Assembly (NCBI RefSeq): GCF_963921235.1
Contig: NC_086102.1
Coordinates: forward strand, 28,644,001 to 28,708,000
Direction of reading: 5' to 3'
DNA length: 64,000 bases
Origin: Mobula hypostoma
Lineage: Eukaryota
Numbering within the stretch: position 1 is the stretch's first letter; each line of letters starts with the position of its first letter. Position numbers and translations under genes: made by a program. This document shows positions 23,697-37,650 of this stretch, in pieces. The notes beneath the pieces were generated by a model. That model made no database searches. It saw only the letters and a list, made by a program, of their open reading frames with translations, and had not been told where the DNA came from.

Positions 23697-25124
23697 TTGC
23701 TTTTCACGGGTAGATTTAATCTTATAAAAGGGCATATTATCATAGTATCATTATTGATGATGGTAATCAACTCTTTGTCTGTCATGTAAGCACACTTGGC
23801 TGACACTGCTGTTCCCAACATCAAAAAGTCATGCTACCACCTGAAATATGTCAAAATAAATACCTTAAAATGATGAATAGCATATCAGAAAGCCTTGAAG
23901 TCAATGTTCTGACATCTGTTACAGTTGTTTAGGTAAACTGGAATGTAAATGGGAATGGGATAAAGGAAATTTAGAATATCTGGCTTGATGAATATCTTTA
24001 TTCATTAGCATAGGAAAAAAAAACTGCCAGCAATGTTTAAGTTATTTAATGTGCATGTTAGAAGTCTGATGCTGATGTGATAGGAAAGTTAACTATTGAA
24101 TGGAGAGAGTTTTGATGGACTGGATGGTACCTTTTCCAAAGATTCAAAGTACACTTATTATCGAAGTATGTATGCAGTATATTGCTCTGAAATTCGTCTT
24201 GCTCACAGGCACTCACCAAACAAAGAAGAACCATAGAACCAACCCGTTCAAAGAAAAACATCAAATATCGACCCCCCACCCCACGCACAAAAAAAATATG
24301 CAAACGGCAACAAAAAGAATGAAAACATAGAATATAAAACACAAAATCAAAAGGCATATTTCAGTACATTTCATCTCAGTGTTCGTTATCTGCAGGCGGC
24401 CCTGATTCAAAAGTTGCCCAGAAGTAGTAGCAAAAAAGAGTGACCAGGGCGAGAATTAGAAACTAGAACGCATCATAAACCTAAATTAGAGTCCAAGTCT
24501 ACAATCCGGGTCAATTAAACCTTGCTCCAGCACCATCTGCTGACAGCATCAAGGGAGGAAGAGGTAACTCAAGTGCAAGGACCTTCCCTTGGGAGTAGTG
24601 AGTGAGAAAGGGCACGAGACTGCCACATGCAGATGCCTTCTCCGGCAGCAGTGATTGAGAGGCTGGTAGATGGCACTGAACACTTGCTTTCCCTCAGCAC
24701 CCACCTCGATGATTTTAATCTTCCCCAGCGCTTTCATCAGCAAAATCAGGGAGAGAAGGAGTTGATCATGAGCTCGTTCCCTGCTTCCTGTCTTCCACAC
24801 TGCATGCTTTGTTGCAGCCTTGTGGAATACTCTGGAGACAGTAAAGCACCAGAATGCCTTATCAGCTTTACATCACAATGCCAGGATGTAGATAACAGGC
24901 TGTAACAGTAGCAGAACCATATCTGAAATGAAAAGAAGATGCAGAAGAAGTGAAGGGGGTTGCTTCATGAACTGTCTTGAGGGGGTTGCCTTTGGTAGCG
25001 TTGTTTGCTGGTGCCATCTTCTTCTTTTTCCCATATGTATTTTTAAATAATTTGGTACATATTATAAAATTGAAAATAGTATCTTGGTATCTCTAAAACA
25101 GAAGAAGTTCTACAGGTGCAGACT

Positions 25125-25552
25125 AACACACAAAAAATGCTGGAGGAACTCAGCAGGTCAGGCAGCACCTATGAAGAGGAATAAAGAGTCGATGTTTCTC
25201 AACCAAAAAGACCAATTCTTTATTTGTCTCCATAGCATAGTGTCAGCACAATGCTTCACGGTACAGGCAACCAAGTTCAATTCCTATCGCTGCCTATAAG
25301 GAGTTTGTACATTCTCCCCGTGACCGCGTGGATTTACTCCGGGTGCTCCAGTTTTCTCCCACAACCCAAAGACATGCCGGTTAGTAGACTAACTGGTCAT
25401 TGAAAATTGTCCTGTGATTAGGCTAGGATTAAATCGAGGGGATTGCTGGGTGGCTCGGCTCAAAGGGCCGGAAGGGCCGAATTCTGCACTGTATGTCAAT
25501 AATGTAAAAATGATGCTGCCTGACCTGCTGAGTTCCTCCAACATTTTGTGTG
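25125..25552. mobile_element. Inverted pair of older PLE termini enclosing a V-type SINE (about 25230-25505, +)
   Basis: ACACACAAAAAATGCTGGAGGAACTCAGCAGGTCAGGCAGCA at left and its reverse complement GATGCTGCCTGACCTGCTGAGTTCCTCCAACATTTTGTGTG at right; SINE V-domain between them. Confidence 0.6.
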
Positions 25553-25785
25553 AGTTATTCTGCTACCTCTAACTGATTTTAAAAACTAATTCACCTAATG
25601 CAATAAATTTAGCAATGGCCATTTCAAGATTCCTAATATGGTATATCCATTTAGGTAAATAACATATCACATTAGATACTGATTTGATAGAGATATGAGT
25701 GAGTATATTCAGAAGCTTCTCAATACATTTACTCATAGCTCTGTCCAACATTTTCTCAGATTTTACCAGTTATATCACTTTAGAG

Positions 25786-25866
25786 CAGGGGTTCCCAACC
25801 TTTTTTTATGCCATGGACCAACACCATTAAGCAAGGGGTCCGTAGAAGCCATGTTGGGAACCCCTG
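25786..25866. mobile_element. 81-bp hAT-type MITE
   Basis: TIRs CAGGGGTTCCCAAC / GTTGGGAACCCCTG; TTTAGAG duplicated on both sides. Confidence 0.8.
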
Positions 25867-26180
25867 TTTAGAGCCTCCTTTAGTATCTCATTGTATACGC
25901 TCACAATCCACAGTATAAAAAAGTGGGTTAGGAAAATGAATCACTCACAAAGACACATTATTTTAATCACATCCATAGGAAGGTGAAGCAGCTATATTCT
26001 AGATTTAATTAGAGTTCCATGATATGGATGCTACTAGCATCACTAGTATCAATTATGTACAGAATTATTTATTGGTTGGGGCAAAGGGATGGAGTGAATT
26101 GAGGCAGATTTGCTAATGACACACAAGTAGACAGGAAAGTAAGCGATGAGGACAATGCAAAATGTCTGCAAAGGAATCTA

Positions 26181-26683
26181 CGCTGTGGCCACTTTGTTAG
26201 GTATAGGAGGTACTGTAACTAATAAAGTGACTACTGAGTGTATGGTCATGGTCTTCTGCTACTGTAGCCCACCCTCTTCAAGGTTCAACTTGCTGAACAT
26301 TCAGAGATGCTCTTCTGCACACCATTGCTGTAATGCATGGTTACTTGGGTTACTGTTGCTTTCCTGTCAGCTTAGACCAGTCTGGCCATTCTCCTCTAAC
26401 CTCTCTCATTAATGTTTTTGTCCACAGAAATGCCACTCACTGGATGTCTTCTGTCTTTCACACCATTCTTTGTGAATTCTAGAGACTGTTACTCAAACCA
26501 CCCTGTCTGGCACCAACGATAAAAGTCAATTAGATCACATGTTGATGTTTGATGTTTGGTCAGAACAACAACTGAACCTTTTTTTCCTCCCTGCTCCCTG
26601 CTTTTATACATTGAGTTGCTGCCACATGATTGACTGATTAGATATTTGCATTAATGAGCAGGTGTACTGGTGACTACTGAGAG
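26181..26683 (-). mobile_element. Non-autonomous Tc1-like element (same family) inserted in a decayed CR1 (about 26080-27440, +)
   Basis: GTGGCCACTTTGTTAGGTA...CTAATAAAGTGACTACTGAGTG end and shared internal sequence. Confidence 0.72.
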
Positions 26684-29225
26684 TAGGTAGGTTGAATGTC
26701 TATTTCAGTATTTTGCAGACGGACCAGAATAAGGGTAAATGGTAAGTTATCCACTTGGTATTAAAAATACAAAATTAGGGTAATTTTAAATGGAGAAGGA
26801 CTCCAGAATGCTGCCTGACAAAGGGATCTGGGAATACTTATACATGAAACAGAGAACGTTAACATGCGAGTACAGCAAGTAATTATGAGGGTAAATGGAA
26901 TGTTATGTTGGCCTTTATTCACAGAGGAATTAAGTACAAAAATGCATTCATATGTATATTCAAATGTAAGTCTTATAACTTTACAGGGATTCATGGCACC
27001 ACACCTGGGGTGCTGAATAGTTACGATCTTTTATTTAAGGCAGGATTTTGCACTGGAAGAATTTTAGTGAAGGTTCACGAGCCTTTATTCCTATGATGAA
27101 AGGATGTCTTATAAGGAACATTTGAACATGTTGAGCCTATTTACATTGAAGTCTGAAAGATTGACTGCTGATCTTATAACATTTTAACAGGATAGATGCC
27201 AGGAGACGGGAGGGTGTGCGGTACAGAACCGGGAGTCACAGCTTCAGAATGAGTTGCCTCTAATTGAAGGCAAAGGTGAGAAGATTCTCTTCTCCCAGAG
27301 GGTGATAAATCTCTGAAGTTCTCTATGCTGAAGAGATGTGGAGAATGAATTATTCAATCTTTGAAGGTTCAAACTTAACAAATTTTAGTTTGTAAAGGCG
27401 TTAGTACCTGTCGGGAGTAGGCAAGAAAGAGGACTGGCTATGATATCGAGCCACTCCACCTATTGGATCTGACCCACCACTTTGTTCTCACTGCTCATGG
27501 TGTCCCCAGCCCACCCAGAATGACCTAATTCAGAATCAGAGTTCCAACTAATCAGACTCATTCTGCCAGCAAGTAGTGATTTAACCTCAGGTAGCAGATC
27601 TTAAGGTCTTCCTCTCTATACTTTGATGCTCTTTGACCACTCACTGCTGTCAAAGAACTGGAAGCATCAAATACATTTAAAAATAGTTTCAATTGTTGTC
27701 ATTGACTAAAAATCATCAAAAGCCCCATCCAGTCCTAAAAGTAATTATTAGAAAGTTAAACAAGGAAAAATAAATAAACCATTTATATGCATTTGTATTT
27801 TTACTTCAAGTTGATAACCCTATTTGCATGGATGAGATGCTGTTTCTTCTGTCAGCCTTGTACACCCTGCCTCTCAGCTCAGTAATTCTGTACATCACTG
27901 ATGTTCTCTCTGCAATTTCCATGGTGGAACAGGAGGTTATATGTGTCTATAGCTGACCTTCACCTTGGCTTCAACATCTGTCTTTCACTGAACATGCACA
28001 AGCATCGGAATTGACAAGGAGATATCCAGCCATTCCTCAAGAAATACCAGCCACAGCAGAGAATAACCCATTAATCTTCTTGGGTCCTTATCTCCCAGTG
28101 GAGCATGGGCCATTGATGACCTTCCATCTCCATTGTCCAAAGTCGATGGTATGGTTGGAGTTCATCAATGTTTCTGTAATCCATTGTATCCACTGTACAG
28201 GGGATTGGCGTATACGGTTTCACCAGAGCCCTATTGGCTGACCTTACCCGTTTCCACCTCTCATGGTGGGGATATAGGGTTAGACTTTGAGAGGCAATCT
28301 ACTAATGGATAAAACCACAGAACACCAGCAGTGTCCAAAACAGTGCTTGCTTTGATGCAAGACCAGCCTATTCATCAAAGTGACAATGATTGTTAAAATA
28401 AAGGCAAGCCATGGTTGATTACAGAGATAGAGAACAACATAAAAGTAAAATAAAAGAGCAGACTAAAGTGAAAGACCTATTGTGGGTTCTGTTGATCTGT
28501 GGACAAAATATAGTAAAGAGGTGGATGAGCTGTTAATAAGAGGATGTTAAAATCAATTAAAAATACAATTAAATTTGGTGTGGTTGGGCCAATATGATAC
28601 CAGCAAAAACCAATGATTGTGATATTTTAAACAACACCATGATATTGGTTGATTATATTGGCAAGTATTTTATATAAGTATTTATTGTAGAAGAAGACAG
28701 AATCCCGAAATTCATAGAAAAACTAATTCTGTATCAGGGACAAGGAACCACAAAGGTAACATAATATAAATTCCTGTGGCAATGGAAATAATGGTTTTAT
28801 AGACTGTCATATCTCAAGATCTAGGATGTTACAGCAGCTAGCCAAGAACACAATAGTTACTCTAATTATCACATTTCAAATTTCTCTTGATTCTGGAAAT
28901 GTAACTTGGGAATGAACATTGTGCATGTTATTATGCTAATTAGGAGAGAGGAAACGGGGAATTTTAGACAGGTCAGCAAAACATCTATTACAGGAAAATG
29001 CTGAAATCTATAATTAGAAAAGAGTGACTGAATGAACTGAGAATTTTACAGTTGTTCTGCAAAATGATAGATTGGTAAAAGATAAACCCAATGGAAGTTT
29101 TTGAAGAGGATATTAAAGTTACTTGTTAAAGCATGTGTTTTTAACTGAAATTGCAAAAGACATTTGATTAAGCCCTTTGTGAAGAACAGCTCACTGATAA
29201 TAAACATAAAATTACAAAAAAGAGA

Positions 29226-29340
29226 AAATCTGAAGATGCTGGTAATCAAAGTAACACATACAAAATGCTGGAGGATCTCAGCTGGTCAGGCAGCATGTAT
29301 GGAAAAGAGCAAACAGTCAACAGTTTGGGCCATCAGGACA
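29226..29340 (-). mobile_element. Older PLE terminal fragment
   Basis: AAATCTGAAGATGCTGG...CAAAATGCTGGAGGATCTCAGCTGGTCAGGCAGCAT...CATCAGGAC; hammerhead partly deleted. Confidence 0.55.
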
Positions 29341-29356
29341 TAATCAAGGTATAAAG

Positions 29357-31795
29357 TTTAAAGTTCAAAGCAAATTTATTATCTAAGTACATATGTAGTA
29401 TGTCACCTTATACTATCCTGAGATTCAGTGATAAACTGCACTCAACAAAGATGGACAAACAATGAACATGCAAAAGACAAATTATGCAAATACAAAAAAG
29501 AAACAAAAAACAAAATAGTAAATTATAAATATTGAGAACATGAGTTGTAGAAAGTGAGTCCACAGATTGTGAAATCAGTTCAGTCTTGGGGTGAGTTCAA
29601 GAGCCTGGTTCAAGGGCTTGGTGATTGGAGGGTAATAACTATTCCTGAATCTGGAGGTGTGGAACCTAAGGCACCTATACCTCCTCCTTGATGGCAGCCG
29701 TGAGAAGAGAGGATGGCCTAGATGGTGGGGGTGGTTGATGATGGATGTTATTTTCCTGTGACAGCACTCCTTACAAATGTGCTCAGTGGTGGGGTGGGCT
29801 TTACCTGTGATAATCTGGGCTATATCCACTATCTTCTGAAGGTTCAAAAAAGGTAGTAGGGATAGTCTGGGTAATTATAGACCAGTGAACCGTACGTCTG
29901 TGGTGGGAAAGCCGTTGGAAAAGATTCTTAGAGATAGGATCTCTGGGCATTTAGAGAATCATGGACAGTCAGCATGGCTTTGTGAAGGGCAGATCGTGTC
30001 TAACAAGCCTGATAGAGTTCTTTGAGGAGGTGACCGGGCATATAGATGAGGATAGTGCAGTGGATGTGCTCTATATGGATTTTAGTAAGGCATTTGACAA
30101 GGTTCCACACGGTAGGCTTATTCAGAAAGTCAGAAGGCATAGGATCCAGGGAAGTTTGGCCAGGTGGATTCAGAATTGGCTTGCTTGCAGAGGGCAGAGG
30201 GTCGTGGTGGAGGGAGTACATTCAGATTGGAGGATTGTGACTAGTGGTGTCCCACAAGGATCTGTACTAGGACCTCTACTTTTTGTGATTTTTATTAACG
30301 ACCTGGATGTGGGGGTAGAAGGGTGGGTTGGCAAGTTTGCAGACGACACAAAGGTTGATGGTGTTGTAGATAGTGTAGAGGATTGTCAAAGATTGCAGAG
30401 AGATATTGATAGGATGCAGAAGTGGGCTGAGAAGTGGCAGATGGAGTTCAACCCGGAGAAGTGTGAGGTGGTACACTTTGGAAGGACAAACTCCAAGGCA
30501 GAGTACAAAGTAAATGGCAAGATACTTGGTAGTGTGGAGGAGCAGAGGGATCTCGGGGTACATGTCCACAGATCCCTGAAAGTTGCCTCACAGGTGGATA
30601 GGGTAGTTAAGAAAGCTTATGGGGTGTTAGCTTTCATAAGTCGAGGGATAGAGTTTAAGAGTCGTGATGTAATGATGCAGCTCTATAAAACTCTGGTTAG
30701 GCCACACTTAGAGTACTGTGTCCAGTTCTGGTCACCTCACTATAGGAAGGATGTGGAAGCATTGAAAAGGGTACAGAGAAGATTTACCAGGATGCTGCCT
30801 GTATTGGAGAGTATGGATTATGATCAGAGATTAAGGGAGCTAGAGCTTTACTCTTTGGAGAGAAGGAGGATGAAAGGAGACATGATAGAGATGTACAAGA
30901 TAATAAGAGGAATAGATAGAGTGGATAGCCAGTGCCTCTTCCCCAGGGCACCACTGCTCAATACAAGAGGACATGGCTTTAAGGTAAGGGGTGGGAAGTT
31001 CAAGGGGGATATTAGAGGAAGGTTTTTTACTCAGAGAGTGGTGGTGCGTGGAATGCGCTGCCTGAGTCAGTGGTGGAGGCAGATACACTCGTGAAGTTTG
31101 AAAGACTACTAGACAGGTATATGGAGGAATTTAAGGTGGGGGCTTATATGGGAGGCAGGGTTTGAGGGTCAGCACAACATTGTGGGCCGAAGGGCCTGTA
31201 CTGTGCTGTACTATTCTATCTATGAATTTGTCTGCTCAAGGGCATTGGTGTTTCCATACAGGCGTGATGCATTTGGTTAGTATACTCTCCACTGTGCATC
31301 TATAGAAGTTAGTCAAAGTTTTAAATAACATGCTGAATCTTGGCAAACTTCTAAGAAAGTAGAGGTGCTTGTGTGCCTTTTTCACAACGACACATGCTGG
31401 ACTCAAGATAGATTCTCTGAAATGATAACACTGTGGAATATAAAGTTACTGACCTTTTTCACTTCTGGTCCCATGAAGAGGACTGTCTCCTGTACTTCCT
31501 GTTCTTTCCTTCTGTAGTCAATAAATCAGCTCTTTGGTTTTGTTGATGTTGAGTGAGAGGTTGTTGTTATGGTACCACTCAGCCAGAATTTCAATCTCCC
31601 TCCTTTATGCTGTTTAGTTACCACATTTGATTCAGCCAACCACAGTGGAGTGATCAGCACACTTAAACATGGCATTGGAGCTGTACTTAGCCTCACGGTT
31701 ATAAGTATAAAGCAAATAGAGCACACAGGCTTGTGGTGCACTCGTGCTGAAGGTGATTGTGGAGGAGAAGATATCTAACATAATACATGATACCA
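29357..31795 (-). mobile_element. Rex1/Babar LINE split by the CR1 at 29846-31224
   Basis: ORF 29575-29847 (LQKIVDIAQIITG...LPSRRRYR) resumes after 31225 with PQACVL...FKCADHSTVVG. Confidence 0.75.
29846..31224 (+). mobile_element. CR1-clade LINE 3' part with a 377-aa open RT frame (29961-31094)
   Basis: [57 protein letters not shown]; CR1 3' UTR and TATTCTATCTATG tail. Confidence 0.93.
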
Positions 31796-31947
31796 ACAGG
31801 ACAGAAGATTGGATGACTGGCAGGAGGCAAAGATTGGGAATAAAGACCTCTCCTGGTTGGTTGCCTGTGACTAGTGGTGTTCCGTAGGGGCGGCTGTCGA
31901 GAACACTTCTTATCATGTTATACGTCTGCTCCTCAGCATTTTTTCTC

Positions 31948-31985
31948 CAGTCCTGCCGAAGGGTTTCAGCCCAAAATGTCGACTG
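31948..31985 (+). ncRNA. Degenerate hammerhead motif in PLE fragment (about 31940-32050)
   Basis: CAGTC-CTGCCGA-AGGGTTTCAGCCC-AAAA-TGTC-GACTG; both catalytic boxes mutated. Confidence 0.5.
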
Positions 31986-32227
31986 CACTTTTTTCTATAG
32001 ATGCTGCCTGGCCTTCTGCGTTCCTCCAGCATTTTGTCTGTGTTGCTTGGATGACAGAACTGCTGGCTTTGTGGCCATGTTAGCAGATGATACAAAGATA
32101 GGTGAAGGGGCAGGTAGAGCTGAGGAAGCAGGGTGTGATGGAGAGTACTTAGTAAACACATTCCTTACACAAGTGCATTTACACACACACAAACCTTGTC
32201 ATTCTGAGTGTACGCACTTCAGTGTCC

Positions 32228-32860
32228 ATAAGACCACAAGACATAGGAGCAGAATCAGGCCATTCAGCCCATTGAGTCTGCTCCACCATTCCATTATGGC
32301 TGATCCTGGATCCCACTCAAATCCATACACCTGCCTTCTCGGCATATCCTCTGATACCCTGACCGATCAGGAAATGATCAACTTCTGCCTTAAATATACC
32401 CATGGACTTGGCCTCTATTGCAGTCTGTGGCAGAGCATTCCACAGATTCACTACTCTCTGGGTGAAAAAAATTCCTCCTTACCTTTGTTCTAAAGGGTCG
32501 CCTCTCAATTTTGAGGCTGTGCCCTCTAGTTCTGGATATCCCCAACATAGAAAACATTTTCTCCACATCCACTCTATTTAGGTTTCAATGCAATCCCCAT
32601 GCATTCTTCTAAATTCTGGTGAGTACAGGCCCTAAGCTGCCAAACACTCTGCATATGTTAACCCCTTCATTCCTGGAATCATCCTCATAAACCTCCTTTG
32701 GACTGTCTCCAATGACAACACATCCTTTCTGAGATATGGGGCCCAAAATGGTTGACAATACTCCAAGTGCAGCCTGACTAATGTCTTTTAAAGGCTCAGC
32801 ATTATCTCCTTGCTTTTATATTCTAGTTCCCTTGAACATTGCATTTGCCTTCTTTACCAC
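32228..32860 (-). mobile_element. CR1 LINE 3' fragment
   Basis: SRTRGHSLKI...FRTKVRRNFF and CR1 3' UTR. Confidence 0.75.
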
Positions 32861-32993
32861 ACGTCTTCCCTGGTATATTCTCATAATGGGTCATAAACTG
32901 AGCTAATACACTTGGGTTACCTTTATAGTGTCTTTTCCACTTTATGTGGCTGATTTTTCCATTCCTTTGGTAATGGGGATGTGTAAATATGTA

Positions 32994-33363
32994 AACAACA
33001 GGAATTCTGTAGATGCTGGAAATTCAAGCAACACACATCAAAGTTGCTGGTGAACGCAGCAGGCCAGGCAGCATCTCTAGGAAGAGGTGCAGTCGACGTT
33101 TCAGGCCCAGACCCTTCGTCAGGACTAACTGAAGGAAGAGTGAGTAAGAGATTTGAAAGTGGGAGGGGGAGGGGGAGATCCAAAATGATAGGAGAAGACA
33201 GGAGGGGGAGGGATAGAGCCGAGAGCTGGACAGGTGATAGGCAAAGGGGATATGAGAGGATCATGGGACAGGAGGTCCTGGAAGAAAGACAAGGTGGGGG
33301 AACCCAGAGGATGGGCAAGGGGTATATTCAGAGGGATAGAGGGAGAAAAAGGAGAGTGAGAGA
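32994..33363 (-). mobile_element. PLE terminal fragment with hammerhead
   Basis: Same family as 10556-10693 and 40187-40700, extended by a purine-rich (+ strand) segment. Confidence 0.75.
33090..33127 (-). ncRNA. Minimal type-I hammerhead ribozyme motif, intact core
   Basis: Reverse complement reads TAGTC-CTGACGA-A-GGGT-ctgg-GCCT-GAAA-CGTC-GACTG. Confidence 0.83.
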
Positions 33364-33707
33364 AGTAACTACACTGTGGGGTGCATCATATTCTAATTCA
33401 TGTGTGGTCTTAAGTTAACTTTGTAGGTAATTAAAGATGGTTTGTCCAAGTGTTAAAAAAAGGAGCAGATTGTCCTCAGTTGGAGAGAGAGAGATGGGGG
33501 CTGCCAGGAATTCACACTGGACGAAGTATGGAGCTATTATTGTGTTTTCTGGTAGCCATCTTTTTGTAAGAATTGGCACTTTTCTTCTTGCTATCTTCAT
33601 TAATTTTTGTAAGTTTGATTTTTGACACACCTAATGAAGTCCCTTGCACTAAAGTGCTATGTGACTTCAGCCATTTGTTTTCTTGGGTCATAACCCACGT
33701 TTTTAAA

Positions 33708-35098
33708 GCAGTGAGTCTGCAAAAAGACTTGGACAGATTAGGAGAATGGGTAAAGGAGTGGCAGATGGAATATGGTGGAGGGAAGTGTATGGTCATGCAC
33801 CTTTGTAGAAGAAATAGAGGTGTAGACTATTTCTAAATAGGAAGAAATTTTTTTAAAAATCAGAGGTGCAAAGGAACCTGGGAGTCCTTGTGCAGGATTT
33901 CTTAAAGGTTAACTTGCAGGTTAAGTTGGTGTTAAGGCAGGCAATTGCAATATTAGCATTCATTTTGAGAGGACTAGAATATAAAAGCAAGGATGTAATG
34001 CTGAGATTTTATAAGGCATTGCTCAGACCAGACTTGGAGTATTTTGAGCAGTTTTGGGCTCTTTATCCAAGAAAAGATATGTTGCCATTGGAGAAGGTCC
34101 AGAGGATGTTCACGAGAATGATTACAGGAAAGAAAAGGTTAACATATGAGGGGTGTTTAATGGCACAGGGCCTGCCCTCACAGGAGTTTAGAGGAATGAG
34201 GGGAGATCTCATTGAAATCCATTGAATATTGAAAGGATTAAATAGAGTGGATGTGTAGAGAATGTCTCCTGTAGTGAGGGAATCTAGGATCAGAGGGCAC
34301 AACCTTAGAATCGATGAACATCCATTTAAAACAGAGGTGAGGAGGAATTTGTCAGATGGTGGTGAATCTGTGAAAATCATTGCCATAGAAGGCAGTGGTG
34401 GCCAAGTCAACAAGTATATTTAAAGTGAAAGTTGATAGGTTCTTGATTACTAAGGGAGTCAAAGGTTATAGGGAGAAAGCAGGTGAATGGGATTGGGAGG
34501 GTAATAAATCAGCCATAATAGAATGGTGGCACAGTCTCTTATGTCTTAAAGACTTATAATGATAAAACCAAGTTGTCTTCAATCAAAAAGTATATGGATG
34601 GATTTTTCAGTACTCAGGGGCTGATTTTTCCCTCCTTATACTGAGAAATGTTTTGCATCCTATACTATTTTTGACTAATGTGTTAAGGTGCACATTAAAA
34701 AGTCAGCAGTTTGGACAACTACACTGTTCCTTCCAAAATGAAAGGCCTAGATAGATTGGATGTAGAAAGGTTGTTCCCTGTCGTGGGCGTGTCTGGGACC
34801 AGAGGGGAAAACTTCACAAAATAAGGAAGTCCCTTTAGAGCAGAGATGAGGAGGTTTTTTTTTTAGCCAGAGGATGGTTAATCAGTGGAATTCATTACCA
34901 CAGACGGTTGTGAAAGCCGAGCCAGTGGGCGTATTTAAAGTGGAGGTTGATAGGTTCTTGATTTGTAAGGGTGTCAAAGGTTATGGGGTGTAGGCAGGAG
35001 AATTGGGTTGAGAGGGAAAATAAATCAGTCATGATGAATGGCAGAGCAGACTTGATGGGCCAAATGGCCTAATTCTGCTCCCATGTCCTGTGGTCTTA
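33708..35098 (+). mobile_element. Two decayed CR1 3' fragments (about 33708-34547 and 34738-35098)
   Basis: LQKDLDRLGEW..., RNLGVLVQ...YKALLRPDLEY; both end in CR1 3' UTR. Confidence 0.75.
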
Positions 35099-36022
35099 GG
35101 AAGGTGAAGAATAATTATATATAGAATGAGAACAAAGTATTATCGTAATAGGAATTACTTCAGAGGATATATGAGACCCAGTCGGTTGCACTTTTAACAG
35201 ATTCTTCACTGAAAATCTTGTTTTTTCTAGTGAGAATGCATCATTCTGCACATACAAATCTGTTACTTGCAGACTGAACAGAATAATGTTAAGCTATTTA
35301 CATGTATCCAATTTGGAATTGAAATGCTCAAATACAATTCATTCCTGGTTGCAATTGTAGCTTTGAATTGCCACAAAATCAGCTATTTGTTGCTTTTGCA
35401 AAGCAGACATTTCTGCCTATCCTGAAGCTATTTCACTGCCATACTAGAAAGAGCATTGCACCTGCAATTGAGAATTCATCTGTGCAATAATTATTTAATG
35501 TAGTAGTAACAGTTTCCCATCTATGCTTTTCTATTTAATCCATTAATGTCTTTTTGGTTAAATAACCCACAGAGGAATCGAATGCAGGAGTGTTTACCGA
35601 CACTGTGAAAAGAGGTGTTGCCCCACTTGCTGCAAATATTGTGGGTCTTCACAGTTTTCAAAGCCATTAGACATGCTTAAAAATAAATTATAATGTGTTG
35701 CTGTACTTCAGAGCTGTAGAATGAGATATTTATTCCGCCAGTGCCTATGTGCCACAAACAAGCTTGACGGATCCCCAGAGCATAACAGCCCATTTCATGA
35801 GCAGTAAACATCCTACCTAGTTTTCAATGACTGCATTCAAATTTTGTGAATGTGCTAATTCTGAGTAATTGCATACGTTCAGTTTGGCTTAATTACTTTA
35901 GTTCTAGCTTTGTTTCTCTTCAGTAGTGTCTTGCCCCTTTAACCAAAGTTATTTCTTTCTAAATACAGTAACAGAGAGTTTTCTGAATGAGTTAATGAGT
36001 TTCACTTTTGTTCTTTTTGCAG

Positions 36023-36078
36023 AGATCTGAAGATTGAAAACCTTTTACTTGATGAAGAAAACAATATAAAATTAATAG
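36023..36078 (+). CDS. HUNK: HUNK coding exon 3 (56 nt, not in ORF track)
   Basis: Polypyrimidine tract then gcag|A GAT CTG AAG ATT GAA AAC...; (R)DLKIENLLLDEENNIKLI catalytic loop; donor G|gtatgc, phase 1. Confidence 0.96.
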
Positions 36079-36139
36079 GTATGCTCAGTGGGCATTGGTT
36101 CAGAACTGGGAAGGGTTGGATACTTTGAAATTTTTCCCA

Positions 36140-36362
36140 TGCTGTTGGGGTTAGCACAATGCTTTACAGTACTGCTGAGCCAGGTTCTATTCCCACTGCT
36201 GTCTGTAAGGAGGTTTGTGCGTTCTCCCCGTGATTGCATGGGTTGCCTTTGGGTGCTTTGGTTTCCTCCCACGGTCCCAAAGGGGTTGCTAGGCAATGCC
36301 ACTTAAAGGGCCGGAAGGACCTATTGCTACTGTATCTCAATAAATATTAAATAAATAAAATA
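36140..36362 (+). mobile_element. HE1/V-type SINE
   Basis: GGTTAGCACAATGCTTTACAG...GTTCTCCCCGTG...GGTTTCCTCCCAC...AATAAA tail. Confidence 0.7.
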
Positions 36363-37650
36363 AGGGGAAAATTGCTGGTGAATACTATGTGGTAAAATTA
36401 ATAAAAATACTGAGAGGAGATTGACCAATATTAGAGGATTTTTCTGGGAGAGGGACTATGCAGATGTTAAAATTAAAAATAACAATTGAAGGGGGATTTG
36501 AGAAGATGAAACATAATAGAAACAAAGTGAGAAAGACAAGCCAGTTCAGAAACTGCTTGAAGCAACAAGGTGTAAATACTTTCATAGGAACATTTGCCTG
36601 ACAAAGGGCTCCTCCACACAAATAATTGTTTTTTTTAGTTTTTCTTTTTGTGTGAGATAATGATTAATCTCATGAATATTCCAGATTTTTGTTTATCTTA
36701 GTTTAAGTTGTTAGGAGTAAACAGTGAACTAGAAAGTTTCATCTGTGAGAACGAGCAGATACCTGAAAGCACCGGCAATATAGTTAAAGGCAGCTACTAA
36801 AAAAGTAAACTGTTAGCTTTTGATGCTGGTCTCCAACTGCTATTCATTCTGGAAAGTGTTTGATATGTTAAGGAACTATATAAAAGCACATATTGCAATG
36901 TTCAAATTGATGAGGTCTTAAAATTAATACTTTCTTCTGTATTTACTGTGTAGAAAATCCAGTAATTCAGTGAATAGAATTCTGATGTCCTGAAGCATAT
37001 TAAGGAACGATTAGGGAAAGTCAGTATGACTTTGTGCATTAGCAAATCATGTCTCATGAGTTTTTTGAAGAAGTAACCAAAAGGATTGTCATGGGCAGAG
37101 TGGTAGATGTTATCTATGTAGACTTCAGCAATTCATCTGACAAGGTCCAAAATAGTAGACTGGTCCAGTTGGTGAGATTACTTGGGATCCATGATTGCAT
37201 AGCTGACTGGACACACATTGATTTTGTAGAAGGAGTCGGGGGTGGTAGTGGTGTGTTGATTTTCAGAGTGTGGGCCTGCGACCAGTTACGTGCTACAGGG
37301 ATCGGTGCAATTTGGTTAAGAATGTAGGTGGCATGAATCATAATTTTACAGATGACACTAAAATTTGTGCGGTGGTAGACAGTAAAGGAGTTTGCCTGAA
37401 GTTACAACAGAATATAGATTAACTGGGAAAGTGGGCCAAAGACTGACAGATTGGAATTTTACTCAGATAAGTATGAAGTGATGCATCTTGGGCAGCAAAA
37501 CCAGAGCATGACTTAAACAGTAATTGAAAGGCCCTGAGGAGCATTGTAGAACAGAGAGACCGAGGAGCACAAACACATAGCAATGACACACATAGACAAG
37601 GTGCTGAAGAAGGCACATGGCATGCTTATCTTCATTAGACACGAACTGAG

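Noticed and set aside
29961-31094. 377-aa RT ORF as an active or domesticated gene
   Set aside because: 5'-truncated CR1 with no endonuclease, damaged upstream motif and a frameshift near the C-terminus; simply a young copy.
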